Below the pieces are notes generated by a model. It worked only from the letters and a program-made list of their open reading frames with translations. It was not told where the DNA came from and searched no databases. Positions 38,491 through 51,720 of a stretch of DNA of 64,000 nt are shown here, one piece after another; the stretch's first letter is position 1; each line of letters starts with the position of its first letter. The position numbers were made by a program, and so were the translations under genes. Origin of the DNA: Octopus bimaculoides (lineage: Eukaryota); assembly GCF_001194135.2 (NCBI RefSeq), contig NC_068990.1, positions 87,372,502-87,436,501 on the forward strand, written 5' to 3'.

Positions 38491-40429
38491 CCNNNNNNNN
38501 NNNNNNNNNNNNNNNNNNNNNNNNNNNNNNNNNNNNNNNNNNNNNNNNNNNNNNNNNNNNNNNNNNNNNNNNNNNNNNNNNNNNNNNNNNNNNNNNNAAA
38601 GAATATATGCCTCGCCATAGGCGGCGAGCTGGCATATTCTGTTAAAATGTCATATTGTGTTAAAATGTCTTATTGACGAGTTTCATTTCTTCATTTCCCT
38701 GAAGAGAAGATTACATTGTTTTATAACATTTTATTCCTTTGGAATAATACCAATGACATCTTCGAAACATGTGTCGGAAGTAAAAGAATTTGAATAATTT
38801 TGGAACAGATCGTATGATTTTATGATAGCCTACCAGCCCCGATTAATCCAGAAACCTAAGCCGGAACCACTATTTAACTCGATTATTTCCCAGCTGTAAC
38901 CAAGAATCTAGTGTAAAATTGGTGTAATACTGATCCGAGTTGAGCCCCGAAAGTGTTTCTTTATTGTTCGCGGGAATAAGTCGATAAAAAAGAAGCATAT
39001 ATGTCAGAGCATAACGTTTACTATTGTTCTACATTTACTCTTTCTTTTGAAGAAATGACTCGTATAATAAATGGAAACCGCTGCACAAACCTCGAAAAGA
39101 TAACTTTCTCAGACTCATTTTCAATATAGTTGTTAAGTGGAGAGGGTGAGGGGTTATGGTGAAGAACGTTCATACCAGTGTTCCCTTGTATTGTAGTTCT
39201 TCCTTTTCCCATGCTGTCAAGGTGGTTCCACTTTGCATGCAATTTTTCAAAAATATATTGCTGCAGTTTTTGCTTCTCAGCTTTCAGAAATGTGAGATTT
39301 CAACTTCCGTTTTTTTTTTCTGACCCATTGAAGACTCCAGCACTGCAACTTTCTCGCCCACCACTTAACTTTTTTCCTATTATTCTAGCATGATTATTGT
39401 TACAACCTGTTAACAACAATCCAAATAACCTACTTTCATCATTTTGTTCATTCATTGCCACTCTTTTACATTATCCCTACAGTTTGTCTGTGCATCTCAA
39501 CTGTTTCCTCTCCAAATCATCGAGTGATTCTCCATGCTTTACTTACGTTAGATTTTTCTGCAGCTAATGAATTTCCCTTGTAAGGAATTTCAAAAACAAC
39601 ATAATAATCACATGTGTTTTTTTCATTTTTTTTCTATCATAACACTCATAACCTAGTTTTCTTCTCTTTTTTTTTTACTAATAAACCACCTTTCTTCATT
39701 TCACGTAAATTTCTTGAAGGAAGCACTTACAGTCTTTCTTATTTTTGCATCAAGTTCGCAGTCTGGTTCCTCTTTCATAAACTCAACTGCTATACGGTAC
39801 CTATTTTATGAAGATCACTGTCTGTAATTTCCATGGTGAGCGTAAATAAATTTACTTGATTCTAAATCAAATACCGAAGTCAAATTGTATAATGCTACAT
39901 TACCAAATTTTATTCTTTGAAAACAATTTAACATTCAAAATGCATGTAATGCTAGATTTTTTTATTTCTAAATTCTATTCAGTAATAATGTACAAACAAA
40001 TCCATTTGCTGGCTTTCTAAATAGATTACTAATCTGCTCACTATAGTAGATTCATACAATGCTTATCAAACAGACTGCTTTCCTTATACATATCAAAACG
40101 GCTATGTTATCCTTAATCTCATTCAGTTGTAAGTAACGATGCAACTGTGTAAAGCTCGTAATACTTATGATATTATACCAAGTTCAATACAGAAATGTGA
40201 TGTGGCTGTTGATATTTATTTAAAAGAATTCTGCGGTCATTAAGAAGGACTATAATTTAATATGATATATTTATTCATATCTTGACAACTGATGTAAAGG
40301 TCATCATAAGTCATAACCACTTGAAAATTAATCTGTTTACAACTCAAAAATTAATTTTGCTTCAAAAGGATGCCCCTGAAGTATTTCAATAGCTTTTATT
40401 TTCCGAAATATTAAGTTTATTACAAATGT

Positions 40430-40940
40430 CCACAAAATGGCTCTTGTAGTTCATTGTGCAAGATTATGGAATGCGTTGTCAGAAGAAAACTGATCACGTT
40501 CCTAGAGAAAATGGCTTTCTCACTGAGACTGCAGCACAGCTTCCGTCAAAGAAGGAGCTGCTTCATATAGCTACTACAAGATTATGACTGAAATAAAAAA
40601 AAATAGTTCTATCATTTAAATGTAGATGTGACGTGTCTCGACTTTACCTAGGCCTTCGTTAAAACTGATAATGGAATACTATGTCAGAAACTGCGTAGCT
40701 TTGGCATAGCTGGAAAACTACAGGGGTAGCTGCATGATATTTTAAAAAGAGGGAGTCAGGAAATTGCAACTAACGATGCTCTCTCGGGGGAGACATCAAT
40801 TCGCAGAGGAATGACCAAAAGGAACTGTACTGGGGTCAGTACTGTTTGTGGCGATTCTCCCTATTATACTGTCAACCATTCTAACAAGTTACGCTAGCAA
40901 TACAAGAGTATCAGAAGCAACGAAGTACCTTGATAATAGC
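40430..40940 (+). mobile_element. CR1-group LINE RT remnant
   Basis: Degenerate motifs QHSFRQRRSC, NVDVTCLDFT*AF, CQKLRSFGIAGKL..LHDILK. Confidence 0.7.
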
Positions 40941-41589
40941 GCAAAACTGCAGTTTTTGCCTAGCGAATGTCACTCAGAAGATTAGAATCGTTCTGGCGCT
41001 AAGATAAAAGAAACTTTCCCAAAATACCCTGTAATGGGATCGAACGCGGGACATCAGAAGAGCTAACTTTTTTACCACTCTCAGACGAAAAGCAAGATCT
41101 GAAACGTTATGCGCGCGCGTGTGTGTGTATGTGTACATGGATGAAAGATGGAATGACCACCCCCAGAACACATTTGATTACCGCTCTGGTTCTATCGGAA
41201 CAGATCTTGGGCTAAACGGCTCCACACAAATTATGTGTGAAATCTTAACTTTCCCGTCTGCAATCAACAAACACTTTACGTCGTTATCTGATTATTCACA
41301 TTCGATGTTTTTCTTTTCATCATTATCAAATTATTTCATTCTTATGTTTTCTGCTATATTTATATTGAGATTGCATAAACAATGTTTCATTATTTACGTC
41401 TATCCATTTTCTATTTTCATTTGAGAGTGGGTAATGCAGTGGCCTTTGGTTTAAGCAGTTAGTGAAGGTCTAACATTAAATAACAGCCATTAATAAATAT
41501 AGCAGGTAAAGCTGTATAAATCATCACGTGTAATTTTGATTTCAAACATAAGAGCGAGCATTAAGAGAGGGGAAGTACAGAGAACTATA

Positions 41590-41735
41590 GCAATTTACTA
41601 CATTGGCAAAATGCCTCACATTTTTCTGTTGGCAGTTTTCATCGGGGAATCTTTCAGCGCTCTGGCTTCAAATCCTGCTGAGATCAACTTTGCATTTCAT
41701 CTATTTGGGTCGTCGATCGCTAAATAAAGTACCAG
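41590..41735 (+). mobile_element. SINE-A, degenerate
   Basis: TTCAAATCCTGCTGAGATCAACTTTGCATTTCATC...AAAGTACCAG. Confidence 0.6.
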
Positions 41736-41736
41736 T

Positions 41737-41845
41737 CTTCTTCTTCTTCTTCTTCTTCTTCTTCTTCTTCTTCTTCTTCTTCTTCTTCTTCTTCTTCTTC
41801 TTCTTCTTCTTCTTCTTCTTCTTCTTCTTCTTCTTCTTCTTCTTC
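41737..41845 (+). repeat. (CTT)n microsatellite
   Basis: Direct reading; a similar array at 43631-43737. Confidence 0.95.
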
Positions 41846-42464
41846 ACCACAACCCCTGAGTAAAACTATTCCGTTTCCCCCATCCCTCTTAGTAGGATAT
41901 AGGTTACACGCTTGATCACATCCTATTTCTGTTTTCACTTATATCCGAAAACTTTAAGAATGGCGTTCATGGCTCTGCTCTTCTGTTGTGGCTGGTATTA
42001 TTTTGTTATTGTCGTTTTGTGAGTGGTTAGTCACGCTGTTGCTGTCTTTAGTATAGGCACCGTTGCCTTACTTCATGTGGTGGTAGCGGCGGTGGTGGCA
42101 GTGATAGTTTTGTTGTTTTGTTGCTGGTGGTGGTGATGATGGTAGCTGCAGTGGTGAAAATTGTTGTATTGGTGACGGTAGTAGTAGTGGTAGTGGATGA
42201 TGAATGTTAGCGGCAGTGACGACGGTGTTGGCGAGAAAATGCTAATAAGTAAGCGAGGTTTATGCGATTAATGTTTGATTCAATAGATTGAAGACTTTTA
42301 AGAGATTCAAGAATGACTTTTGTAGTGAAACCCAAAAGTATTACGTCGTAAAACCTAGAGAAATTTTGATGGTTGAATAGGAAAGCTTTTAATAGGTTCC
42401 CAAGCAATTTTAATGATTCCAGGTAGTTTTCATTCAAGAAACAACAAAGATTTAATTGAAAAGT

Positions 42465-42680
42465 CTAGAGGAGCCTATTGGAGGAACTGGGAGAGATGTT
42501 ATTGAGGAATTCCTAGGGATATTATTGAGATGTTATTGAGGGGCCTTTTGGAGGAAATGGGAGAGATGTTATTGAGAAATTCCTAGAGATGTTATTGAAA
42601 AATTCCTAGAGATGTTATTGAGATGTTATTGAGAAATTCCTAGAGATGTTATTGAGATGTTATTGAGAAATTCCTAGAAA
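42465..42680 (+). repeat. Compound minisatellite of GAGATGTTATT and GAGAAATTCCTA units
   Basis: Irregular alternation of 11- and 12-bp units. Confidence 0.85.
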
Positions 42681-43239
42681 TTTTGCATGAAATCTCAAAA
42701 TGATTTACGTGAGAGAAAAATATGAAAATTTTCTTTATGGCTCAATGGTTTATCGGTAACGCTGTTGTCTTCATCTCCACCGTCTTATGATGATGTAATG
42801 TCTAATATTATTGGATGCTAATTATTAATAATTAATCTAGGAAAGAAGGGCACGCCATTAACTTTTTTTGCAGAGCTTCAGAAAAAGAAGCAGATCTTTA
42901 TATCCCAGGACAACGATGTGGTTTGAATGTAGGAAAAGATACTCAAAGATGTCAAATAGGTGAGTTGGATCCACCATTTAAAAGCAGATGCAGTACATCT
43001 GGCAGTCTTATTTTATTTATTTTAACGTATTACAAACAAAATGTGCTTATAAGCTGGACAGTATGTGGTCTTAGATGGCGTAGATGCCGTCCACCCAATT
43101 TTACTAATAAGGTTTCGGTCGATCTGAGGCTACGGTAAAACATACGATTTTCCAAGATGCAGCGGTGTGGGATCAAACCCCAAATCCCGCAATTCCAACA
43201 CAAACATCGTAACTGAACCTGCAAACCAGTGGAAAAAAA

Positions 43240-43410
43240 AATCTTTTGCTGTATTTAGTTCTGTCGTTTATACGTTCTGGGTTCAAATCTGGTTAGGGTT
43301 GACGTTGACTGCCATCGACCTGAGGATCGATCAAAATATGCACTAGTCATGAGCCGACAATGATCCAGTCTATCATGCCCTCCACCCACTAAATTTGTGG
43401 CCTTGCTGTT
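43240..43410 (+). mobile_element. SINE-A, degenerate
   Basis: ACGTTCTGGGTTCAAAT B box and decayed core and tail. Confidence 0.55.
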
Positions 43411-45068
43411 GTTCTTGTGATTGTTTAACACCAGGTTACCACTGAATGAGCAAACGAATAGGAAAAGTTCAGCTGTGACTACCCTGCATTTTCCTCTTGT
43501 AACTGAAATTACATTATCTAATGTAACGTTCCCGATATTTTAAGGCACGTGATGTTAATTGGGAATTCGGCTGCTATTTCTAGCAGATCAAACAATCTGG
43601 TAGAAATTCTGTCATTGATTCACAATCTTGTTTCTTCTTCTTCTTCTTCTTCTTCTTCTTCTTCTTCTTCTTCTTCTTCTTCTTCTTCTTCTTCTTCTTC
43701 TTCTTCTTCTTCTTCTTCTTCTTCTTCTTCTTCTTCTNNNNNNNNNNNNNNNNNNNNNNNNNNNNNNNNNNNNNNNNNNNNNNNNNNNNNNNNNNNNNNN
43801 NNNNNNNNNNNNNNNNNNNNNNNNNNNNNNNNNNNNNNNNNNNNNNNNNNNNNNNNNNNNNNNNNNNNNNNNNNNNNNNNNNNNNNNNNNNNNNNNNNNN
43901 NNNNNNNNNGGGGGGGGGGGACTCCAACAATAATGACAACGCCAACAATATCAACAACACTAACAATGACAATAAAAAAACAATAAAAATTATACCAATA
44001 AAAAAAAAGACAGACCAAAAAAAAAAAACCCAAAACACTACAAAGCAGCCTACTCACTCCCATAAAAACAAAAAGAAACAAAAAGCAAAAGAAATAAACA
44101 AAACAAAATCAAAACCGAAAAGCCATATTAAAAACTCAATCAAAAACTTAATTAATTAAAAGTAGTGTTTAAAGAATGAAAAGAATGCGACGGAGTCCTA
44201 CAGTCTGTGTCAACTGTATTTAATAGTCAAAATTATTTGGTGTGTAAATTAAAATTACATATTGTCACTGTTGTCAAACAGAATCGAGCGAATCTAGGAT
44301 CAACGGCATTCCAGCCGTGACAGACACGTCTTTTTGTATATCTTGGGGTATATTATAAAGGCAGTGCCCCAGCGTAGCTGCAGCTCAATGACTGACAGAA
44401 GAAAAATATGAAGTTGTACAGGCAGACGGGACCTAGAATGGTTAATTTTAGGCTCATTGTCTCGTCCAGCTATGATCACGTGACAGCTGTAGATGGTGGT
44501 TGGTCAAATGTTAATTTTCGTCGGTTTCGCAAAGTTTCAGAGGAGTATCAGCTCGTCTCCTTTATAGGCATATCATATTCAGGACTGGGTTGACCTTACT
44601 ATGTGTTTATCCATTTTTAGCATTCTACTGTGTCAAATAAAGATGATTTAACTGCATTTTCTAGCAGGTCGAGTTATCATATAGTGGTTCTTAGCTCGGA
44701 ACAATAACTAGCTTCTCTGATCGAGTCCAACCCATTTGCTTGCCGCCATTATGGCGACCAGAAAAATTTACACACAAAAGAAACGGTTGGATGCTGGAAA
44801 GTGCATTCTTTCCTAACCGTTCTACAGCACTTCAAATGAAGATTAATTAATGTATGTCAGTGGAGCTACAGTAAAACTACAAGTTTGTGGATTGCTAAAT
44901 GGCACAATTTAGCTGATCTATTCAAAGACCGACGAACGTTAAGAAAAATCCAAAATCGGAAAAGAAATGTATGGGCCTCTGTCGCCGTCAATATGTCTTC
45001 TAAAAGGAAGGGCATGAGCTAAAATAAATTTAGCTGCTTACTGGGTAGGGTAAAATAGGTTCAAGCCC

Positions 45069-45134
<66 letters not shown>

Positions 45135-45271
45135 GACGCCGCACAGTATAAAATATCATGAGGTTGTTGATTGAAGATATTGTGTCTACCGGGATTTTGT
45201 ACTGTTTGTCAAGTCGCAACAAGGATCTCAGACAAACAGTACTTTACGCAATATGCGTGCAGTTCCAAGTA

Positions 45272-45320
<49 letters not shown>

Positions 45321-45960
45321 GTTGTTGCTGTTGTTGTAATTGTTGTTGTAGTCGTAGTAGCATCTACATAAATTTAAGCATAAACTTTCATAATGTGTTA
45401 AATAAGAATGAAATGCAAGCACATTCTTTTATGCTAGAACCTCCTTCAAAATGTCCCCTAGTACTTACACCTCTTTGCGTTTATATGTTCAAATAACTTT
45501 AGAGTCGAATTTCGTCTTTCATCTTTCCAGCGGTCAATAAAACAATTACTATGAAACATTGAGCTTGATTATATCGCCTATACTCCGAAATGTCTAAGGC
45601 ATTGCAGTAGAAAATATTCGAAGTCAACACTTATTTAAAACTTAATTGAGCAGATGTGAAATTAAGACGTAACTGTAGAAATTGTATATCCAAAATAATT
45701 ATTAAGCGTCCGAAAATAGTTGACGTCATACCTCTTTGTCTCTTAACGAGATAAACACTCAAATCTGGTCGAGACTTAACTTTCTATTATTATAATTCCT
45801 TTCGTATGAAACGTGTTTTATAAGAAATATTTACTGGACTGCAGGATTTGATTAGTGCTTTGTATTAAGCTTCCCTAGTACATAGCTGGTATTATTTATT
45901 TTTTCGAGCTCAGAAGGATGAAAGACAAAGTTAATCTGGGCACGCAAAGGTCGTAACTAA

Positions 45961-46385
45961 GCGGGTGAGCTGGCAGAAACGTTAGCACGCCGGGCGATAC
46001 ACTTAGCGGTATTTCGTCTGCCGTTACGTTCTGAGTTCAAATTCCGCCGAGGTCGACTTTGCCTTTCATCCTTTCGGGGTCGATAAATTAAGTACCATTT
46101 ACGCACTGGGGTCGATGTAATCGACTTAATCCCTTTGTCTGTCCTTGTTTGTCCCCTCTATGTTTAGCCCCTTGTGGGCAATAATGAAATAAGAAACGTT
46201 AACACGCCGGGCGAAATGCTTAGAGGTATTGTATCTGTCATTACGTTCTGAGTTCAAATTCTGCCGAGATCGACTTTCATCCTTTCAGGGTCGATAAATT
46301 AAATACCAGTTGCGTACTGGAGTCGATCTAATCGACTGGCCCCTCCCCCCAAATTTCGGTCCTTGTGCTTCGAGTAGAAAAAAAG
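45961..46385 (+). mobile_element. SINE-A dimer with TSD, inserted into an older antisense SINE-A
   Basis: 12-bp exact TSD GGTCGTAACTAA at 45949-45960 and 46386-46397 flanks both monomers. Confidence 0.9.
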
Positions 46386-46899
46386 GGTCGTAACTAAAAG
46401 TAACAGAAAGTAAAGGTCGTACCTAAATACCGTATAAGCATTTTCCCCATGAAATGTAATTTATTTTTACAAGACTCTCAGCTCAAAACTGGTCCAGTCT
46501 ATCTAAGTGTAAATAGGCACCATTTCAAAAATCCTCCAGTCCATCAAACTATAAATTTGTACTAGTTCAAAAATGGTTGAGTCCATTTAACTGTAAATAG
46601 GTACCAGCCCTTAGCTATAAAAGTGACAGTGCCGTATAATTGACAGGCGTTTTAGCATTTTAATCGTGTATTGGTGGTATAATACAGTACACACAGTAAT
46701 GTGTTATATTATTGTGGTATAAATTCACCAATGATGTAATTGGTTGGGTATTAGACAATCGGTCTTAGTACTGAAGAATTGCATTGTTATAATTCCATAG
46801 ACAAATGCACAGATATGCTTAATACATTAAATAGGTTTAAGATATATCCTACGAGACAAACTAGTTGCATACTCCTACTGCATGTATCGCCTTTCATCC

Positions 46900-47530
46900 C
46901 CTTACCTCCCAGACCCTTTTCACCCAAAACCGCAACACGGCCTTTTACAGATGTTAAAACTGAACATGCAACACAAAGTTGATCTCTCTACAAAGGTCAA
47001 GGATGCTCCCCCTCCATCACACTTTCCTGACAAACTTATAAAACAAAGTTTCGCCATGAATTGTCCAAATCTTCTATGAAAAATTCCAGATTAATTAGCT
47101 TAGCATCTGCCTTGCATAATATACTGGAGTCTATGAAGAGAAATGTGCTTGTTATCTACATGCACAACAGCGACCTATTTGCGAAAAAACCAGCGAAGCT
47201 GAAGTTGTCTGATAGACACTAAACATACGTATTTGATATTTACTGATTGTAAAAAAAAAAAAAAAAAAAACCCAAAAAAACAACGATTATCGTGGTTCCT
47301 CGTTAGAAACATTTTATCAAAGCTTTGGAACTCAGGAGTTGAAGTTTACATAATAAAGTGGCTCAATAACTTCCTAGTGGTAGTCAAAAGGTTTGCGTTG
47401 ACTGTATACATTGATCATAAACAAAAATAAAGAACTGCATCATACGTGGTTCTATGTTAAACTTAATCATGTTTGCTGCATTCTTAAATATCATTTTGCA
47501 AGGTCTTTGCTAATGACGTCAGGATTATAA
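46900..47530 (+). mobile_element. CR1-group LINE RT remnant (very decayed)
   Basis: ISLASALHNILESM; LSKLWNSGVE.YIIKWLNNFL; interrupted by a poly-A run. Confidence 0.5.
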
Positions 47531-47935
47531 GCACAAGTAATGAGATTGCCAGAGATTTTGAATAAAATACATTCTTAATAATATTTAAACGTGAGAAAAT
47601 GTGTCGGTAATAATTATCTAAGGAATATAAGAAAATATAATTGCTAGATTTAAGTGATCTAAGCTATTTTGTATAAAATTATGGGATATATTGTTAAAGA
47701 TAATGAAGAAGAGAAAATTCATGGTGTAATTACATACACGTGCACTCCAGTTGCTAACAGCTAACTACTTTCTTGGAATATAAATTAACTTAGCAGCGAA
47801 TGTCTAAAATATTTTCCCAATATATTTTATAATTTCATGGATATTAAATCATTGCGATGGATCACTCAACACTGAGGATTGGGGATTTTTCTAAAACAAA
47901 AAAGCAATGAGCAAAGAAACATCCAGATTGATGGT

Positions 47936-48600
47936 AATATTCGATTGGACCAGGGCGGCGAGCTGGCAGAATCGTTAGGACGCCGGGCGAAATGCTTAGT
48001 GATATTTCGTCTGCTGTTACGTTCTGAGTTCAAATTCCGCTGAGGTCGACTTTGCCTTTCATCCTTTCGGGATCGATTAAATAAGTACGAGTTACGCACT
48101 GGAATCGCTCTGTGTTTAACCCACCTTTGGGCAATAAAGAAATAAAGAAATAAAGAAATATTTGATTGAACCAGGGCAGCGAGCTAGCAGAATCGTTAGG
48201 ACGCCGGGCGAAATGCTTAGTGATATTTTGTCTCTCCTTACGTTCTGAGTTCAAATTCCACTGAGGTCGACTTTGCCTTTCATCCTTTCGGGATCGATTA
48301 AATAAGTACGAGTTACGCACTGGAATCGCTCTGTGTTTAACCCACCTTTGGGCAATAAAGAAATAAAGAAATATTTGATTGAACCAGGGCAGCGAGAGAG
48401 CAGAACCTTTTGCACGCAGAGAAAAATGCTTTGCGGCATTTCGTCCGTCTTTATGTTCTAGGTTCAAATTCCGCCGAGGTCGACTTTACCTTTCATCCTC
48501 CCGGGATCGATAAAATAAGTACCTGCTGAGCAGTGGGGTTGATGTAATCGACTTAGCCTCCTCCTCCGAAATTGCTGGCTTTGTGCCAAAATTTAAAACG
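47936..48600 (+). mobile_element. SINE-A trimer (two near-identical young units plus one old unit)
   Basis: Units at 47954, 48175 and 48388, each preceded by AATATTYGATTGRACCAG; units 1 and 2 share a private internal deletion. Confidence 0.9.
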
Positions 48601-49429
48601 AATATTTGATCAAGTCGCTGCTCATCACACTTTTCTGTCTGTCTCTTTCTTTCCTTCTCTCTCTCTCCCTCTCTCTCGCTCTCTCTCAGGCACATAGGCA
48701 TTTACACATACACACGCATATACTCACACACGTATATACACATACATATACCTACACACGTATATACGCATACATATACCTACACAACGTACGCAAAAGA
48801 ACCTTTACACAATCACAGAGAAAAGCAGCAAAATCTCTTTCACGCTTCACGCCAACATGCTGAAAAATGGCTAATTATAATCGACTTGTTGATACACTAT
48901 GCCAGAAAAGAACACGATGTGGTTGGCCACGGAAGGAACGGAGATTGAAAGATGAAAATAACTCCACCTGTTTGCAGCACCATGTGGTGGGTGCTCCGGT
49001 TGTTACTAAGCAACCACACAGACACACATCAGCACAAATAGGCGGAGAGTGAGGCATGATGAACTCTGTTAGGAGTTTTTCCCGCTGATCTAGAATCTAG
49101 AAGCTAAGATTTTCACTCTATGAATCAAAGCCTTAAGGCAGAGAAATACACTTTAGAAAAATCGATATATTTTAAACATCGATTTTCAACAAGACGAATT
49201 TTTGGATAAAAAATTTATTGATCAACTCTATTATTTGATTGGTAGTTATTTTAATGACTTCCGGGAGAACGGAATGCAAGATGGACATCGGCACGATTTC
49301 GCTTTAGTAGACAAAGGGTCGTAACTAAGTACTCCAATACATTTAATCCGCCACTTTGCTAATTTTATCATTCACCGTCCTTTTTATAGCGATAACAAAT
49401 TCTTACATTGTAGGCATGGAGGAGGAGAA

Positions 49430-49730
49430 AGAGAGGAAGGAGGAGTGTAGTTATTAAATATCAGCCTCCAGTACTTCGCTGGTTCTTATTTTATCGACCA
49501 CTGAAGAATGAATGTCGAAGTTAAGATTTGTTTCCGACGGAAGACATTTTAACCAGCGCTCTACCAATTTCACCGAAACATCGTCCTTAATTTCTAGCGT
49601 AGACCCACAGGATAATGACTGTTAATTATATCGATCCTAGTGTACTTGGTTTTATCGACCCCTGGGGAGGTTGAAGAGCAGAGCCGATCTCAGTTGATTT
49701 ATATTTAGAATTAAAAGAGACACATGGACG
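49430..49730 (-). mobile_element. Two degenerate SINE-A fragments
   Basis: TTTTATCGACC motifs at ~49490 and ~49652 with decayed flanks. Confidence 0.5.
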
Positions 49731-49843
49731 AATAAATGCTATTCTATTATTGGCTGGTAAAATTATCTAAAAACCTGAATTCATAGAAAGATATCCATCA
49801 CGAATACGTTGCTATTCACGCGACATATTTTATATGAAACGGC

Positions 49844-50246
49844 GATCGGTACTTTTTGATTATCTCACCCCCATTAAAAAATTGCCATTAAAAAATTGGG
49901 TTATCTCCCCACTAGAAAATTGAGTTTATGTAGCAACAAGAGATTGGATTAAAAGAGTTAGATCATTTTGACTCAATACTTCAAAACATTGTTGACGTTT
50001 GGCTTCGTCAATAGGAATGGTAGGATTTGTTATAAAAATGTTATCAGATTCAGTAAGATGTTTTATCTTTCCACTTTTCATGTTTATTAATTTTTTCATT
50101 TTGTTTTTTTTTGTTTTGTTTTATTGAGGGTTAAACAATTTTTTTAGTTGAGGGAGATGACCAAAATTAACGATATTTCTCGTAAAACGGGGAAGATAAC
50201 CCAACTTTTGAATGGGGATGAGATAACCAAAAGGAACCCGGCGATC
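49844..50246. mobile_element. Degenerate MITE-like element (~400 bp)
   Basis: Imperfect ~55-bp terminal inverted repeats (49844-49910 vs 50189-50246; TTTTGRTTATCTCA...TTGGGTTATCTYCCC); left arm has a 14-bp internal duplication. Confidence 0.55.
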
Positions 50247-51199
50247 TTTCACCAATTGGATCGACAACATTTCGAATTGTTTGTTCTCGTTGATATTGTA
50301 TCATTAATCGAACAGGTCTCGGTTCAAACACGTTAAAGTCAAGACCATGCCATCTGCTTTTTTTCTCAGCCATAATGCATGAGTAACGCCCTTTCCTTTT
50401 TAAAAAGGTCAGGTGTAATTTGAGGGCGATTTAGTTGCTATTTCTTGCAAATCAAGCAACCACTTGAAGGTTCTTGTTGGCTGCTGTTGTTGGCGCTTAT
50501 ATCGATGGTGTCGGTGGCATTCGTGTTTGGCGGTGATGGTGGTGGCAGGGATGAGAACAGTGGTGATAGTGTCGTTGCTGTTGCTGTTGTTGTGGTTGCT
50601 GTTGGTAACTGTGATCTTAGAAATGCTGTTGGTGAGGGTGACAGCAGTTGTGGCGATGGTGGTGTCGGTGGCACCGATAATGCTGGCGGTCATTGTGGTG
50701 ATGCATGTGGCGTTGTTGGTGGAGTCATCTGACCTTGTAGAGGCGTTGGTGGCGATGGTGTTGGTGGTGGGGATAGTGCGGGTAATGGTGTGGGTAGAGG
50801 TGACGGTGGTGGTGGTGGTGGTGGTGATAGTGATGGCTTTGGTAGTGGTGACNNNNNNNNNNNNNNNNNNNNNNNNNNNNNNNNNNNNNNNNNNNNNNNN
50901 NNNNNNNNNNNNNNNNNNNNNNNNNNNNNNNNNNNNNNNNNNNNNNNNNNNNNNNNNNNNNNNNNNNNNNNNNNNNNNNNNNNNNNNNNNNNNNNNNNNN
51001 NNNNNNNNNNNNNNNNNNNNNNNNNNNNNNNNNNNNNNNNNNNNNNNNNNNNNNNNNNNNNNNNNNNNNNNNGGTGGTACCAGTGTTAGTGTTGGTGGTG
51101 TTGATGGTGGTGATAAAAAAACGATGTTTATAAATAACTATTCACGTGAGTCATGTATTGCAAATAATGGCTAACAGCCATAGCAACAACGACAACATC

Positions 51200-51231
<32 letters not shown>

Positions 51232-51655
51232 GGCCAACGACAGCAAAAGACGACGAGAAGAACAGTTCAATTAAGGAAGACGGAAGGGACAGGGGGAAAG
51301 AAACAAAAAAAAAACAAAAAACAAAAAAAAAAGAAGTAGGTAAGCCATGATGACTGCAGCATGCTGGGAAAAATACAGTTTAATTAAAGTGGGATATTAA
51401 GTTATAAAACATTTACTAAATGAAAGAAACAGGTGGAGGGATGGAGGAGGAGGGAGGACAAAAATTGGGTAAAGTTAAATTAGTGGCAAGAGAGTAGTGG
51501 GAGCGAGGGGTGGGGTGAGAGCAAACTGATGAAGCAGCAGCAGTAGCAGTAGCATTAGTAGTGACAAATCTCGTGGTAACTGTAACATAGTAATGTTTGT
51601 TGTTGCTATCGCCTTTTTTTTTGCTATTGTAATTACTGCTGTGTCTAATGTTGCC

Positions 51656-51720
<65 letters not shown>

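Noticed and set aside
38690-39400. Possible very decayed R4/RTE RT on the minus strand
   Set aside because: Only vague motif resemblance; cannot be supported by eye.
47936-48600. Direct repeats resembling a CRISPR-like array
   Set aside because: Eukaryotic context; the spacers are homologous SINE bodies, not unique sequences.
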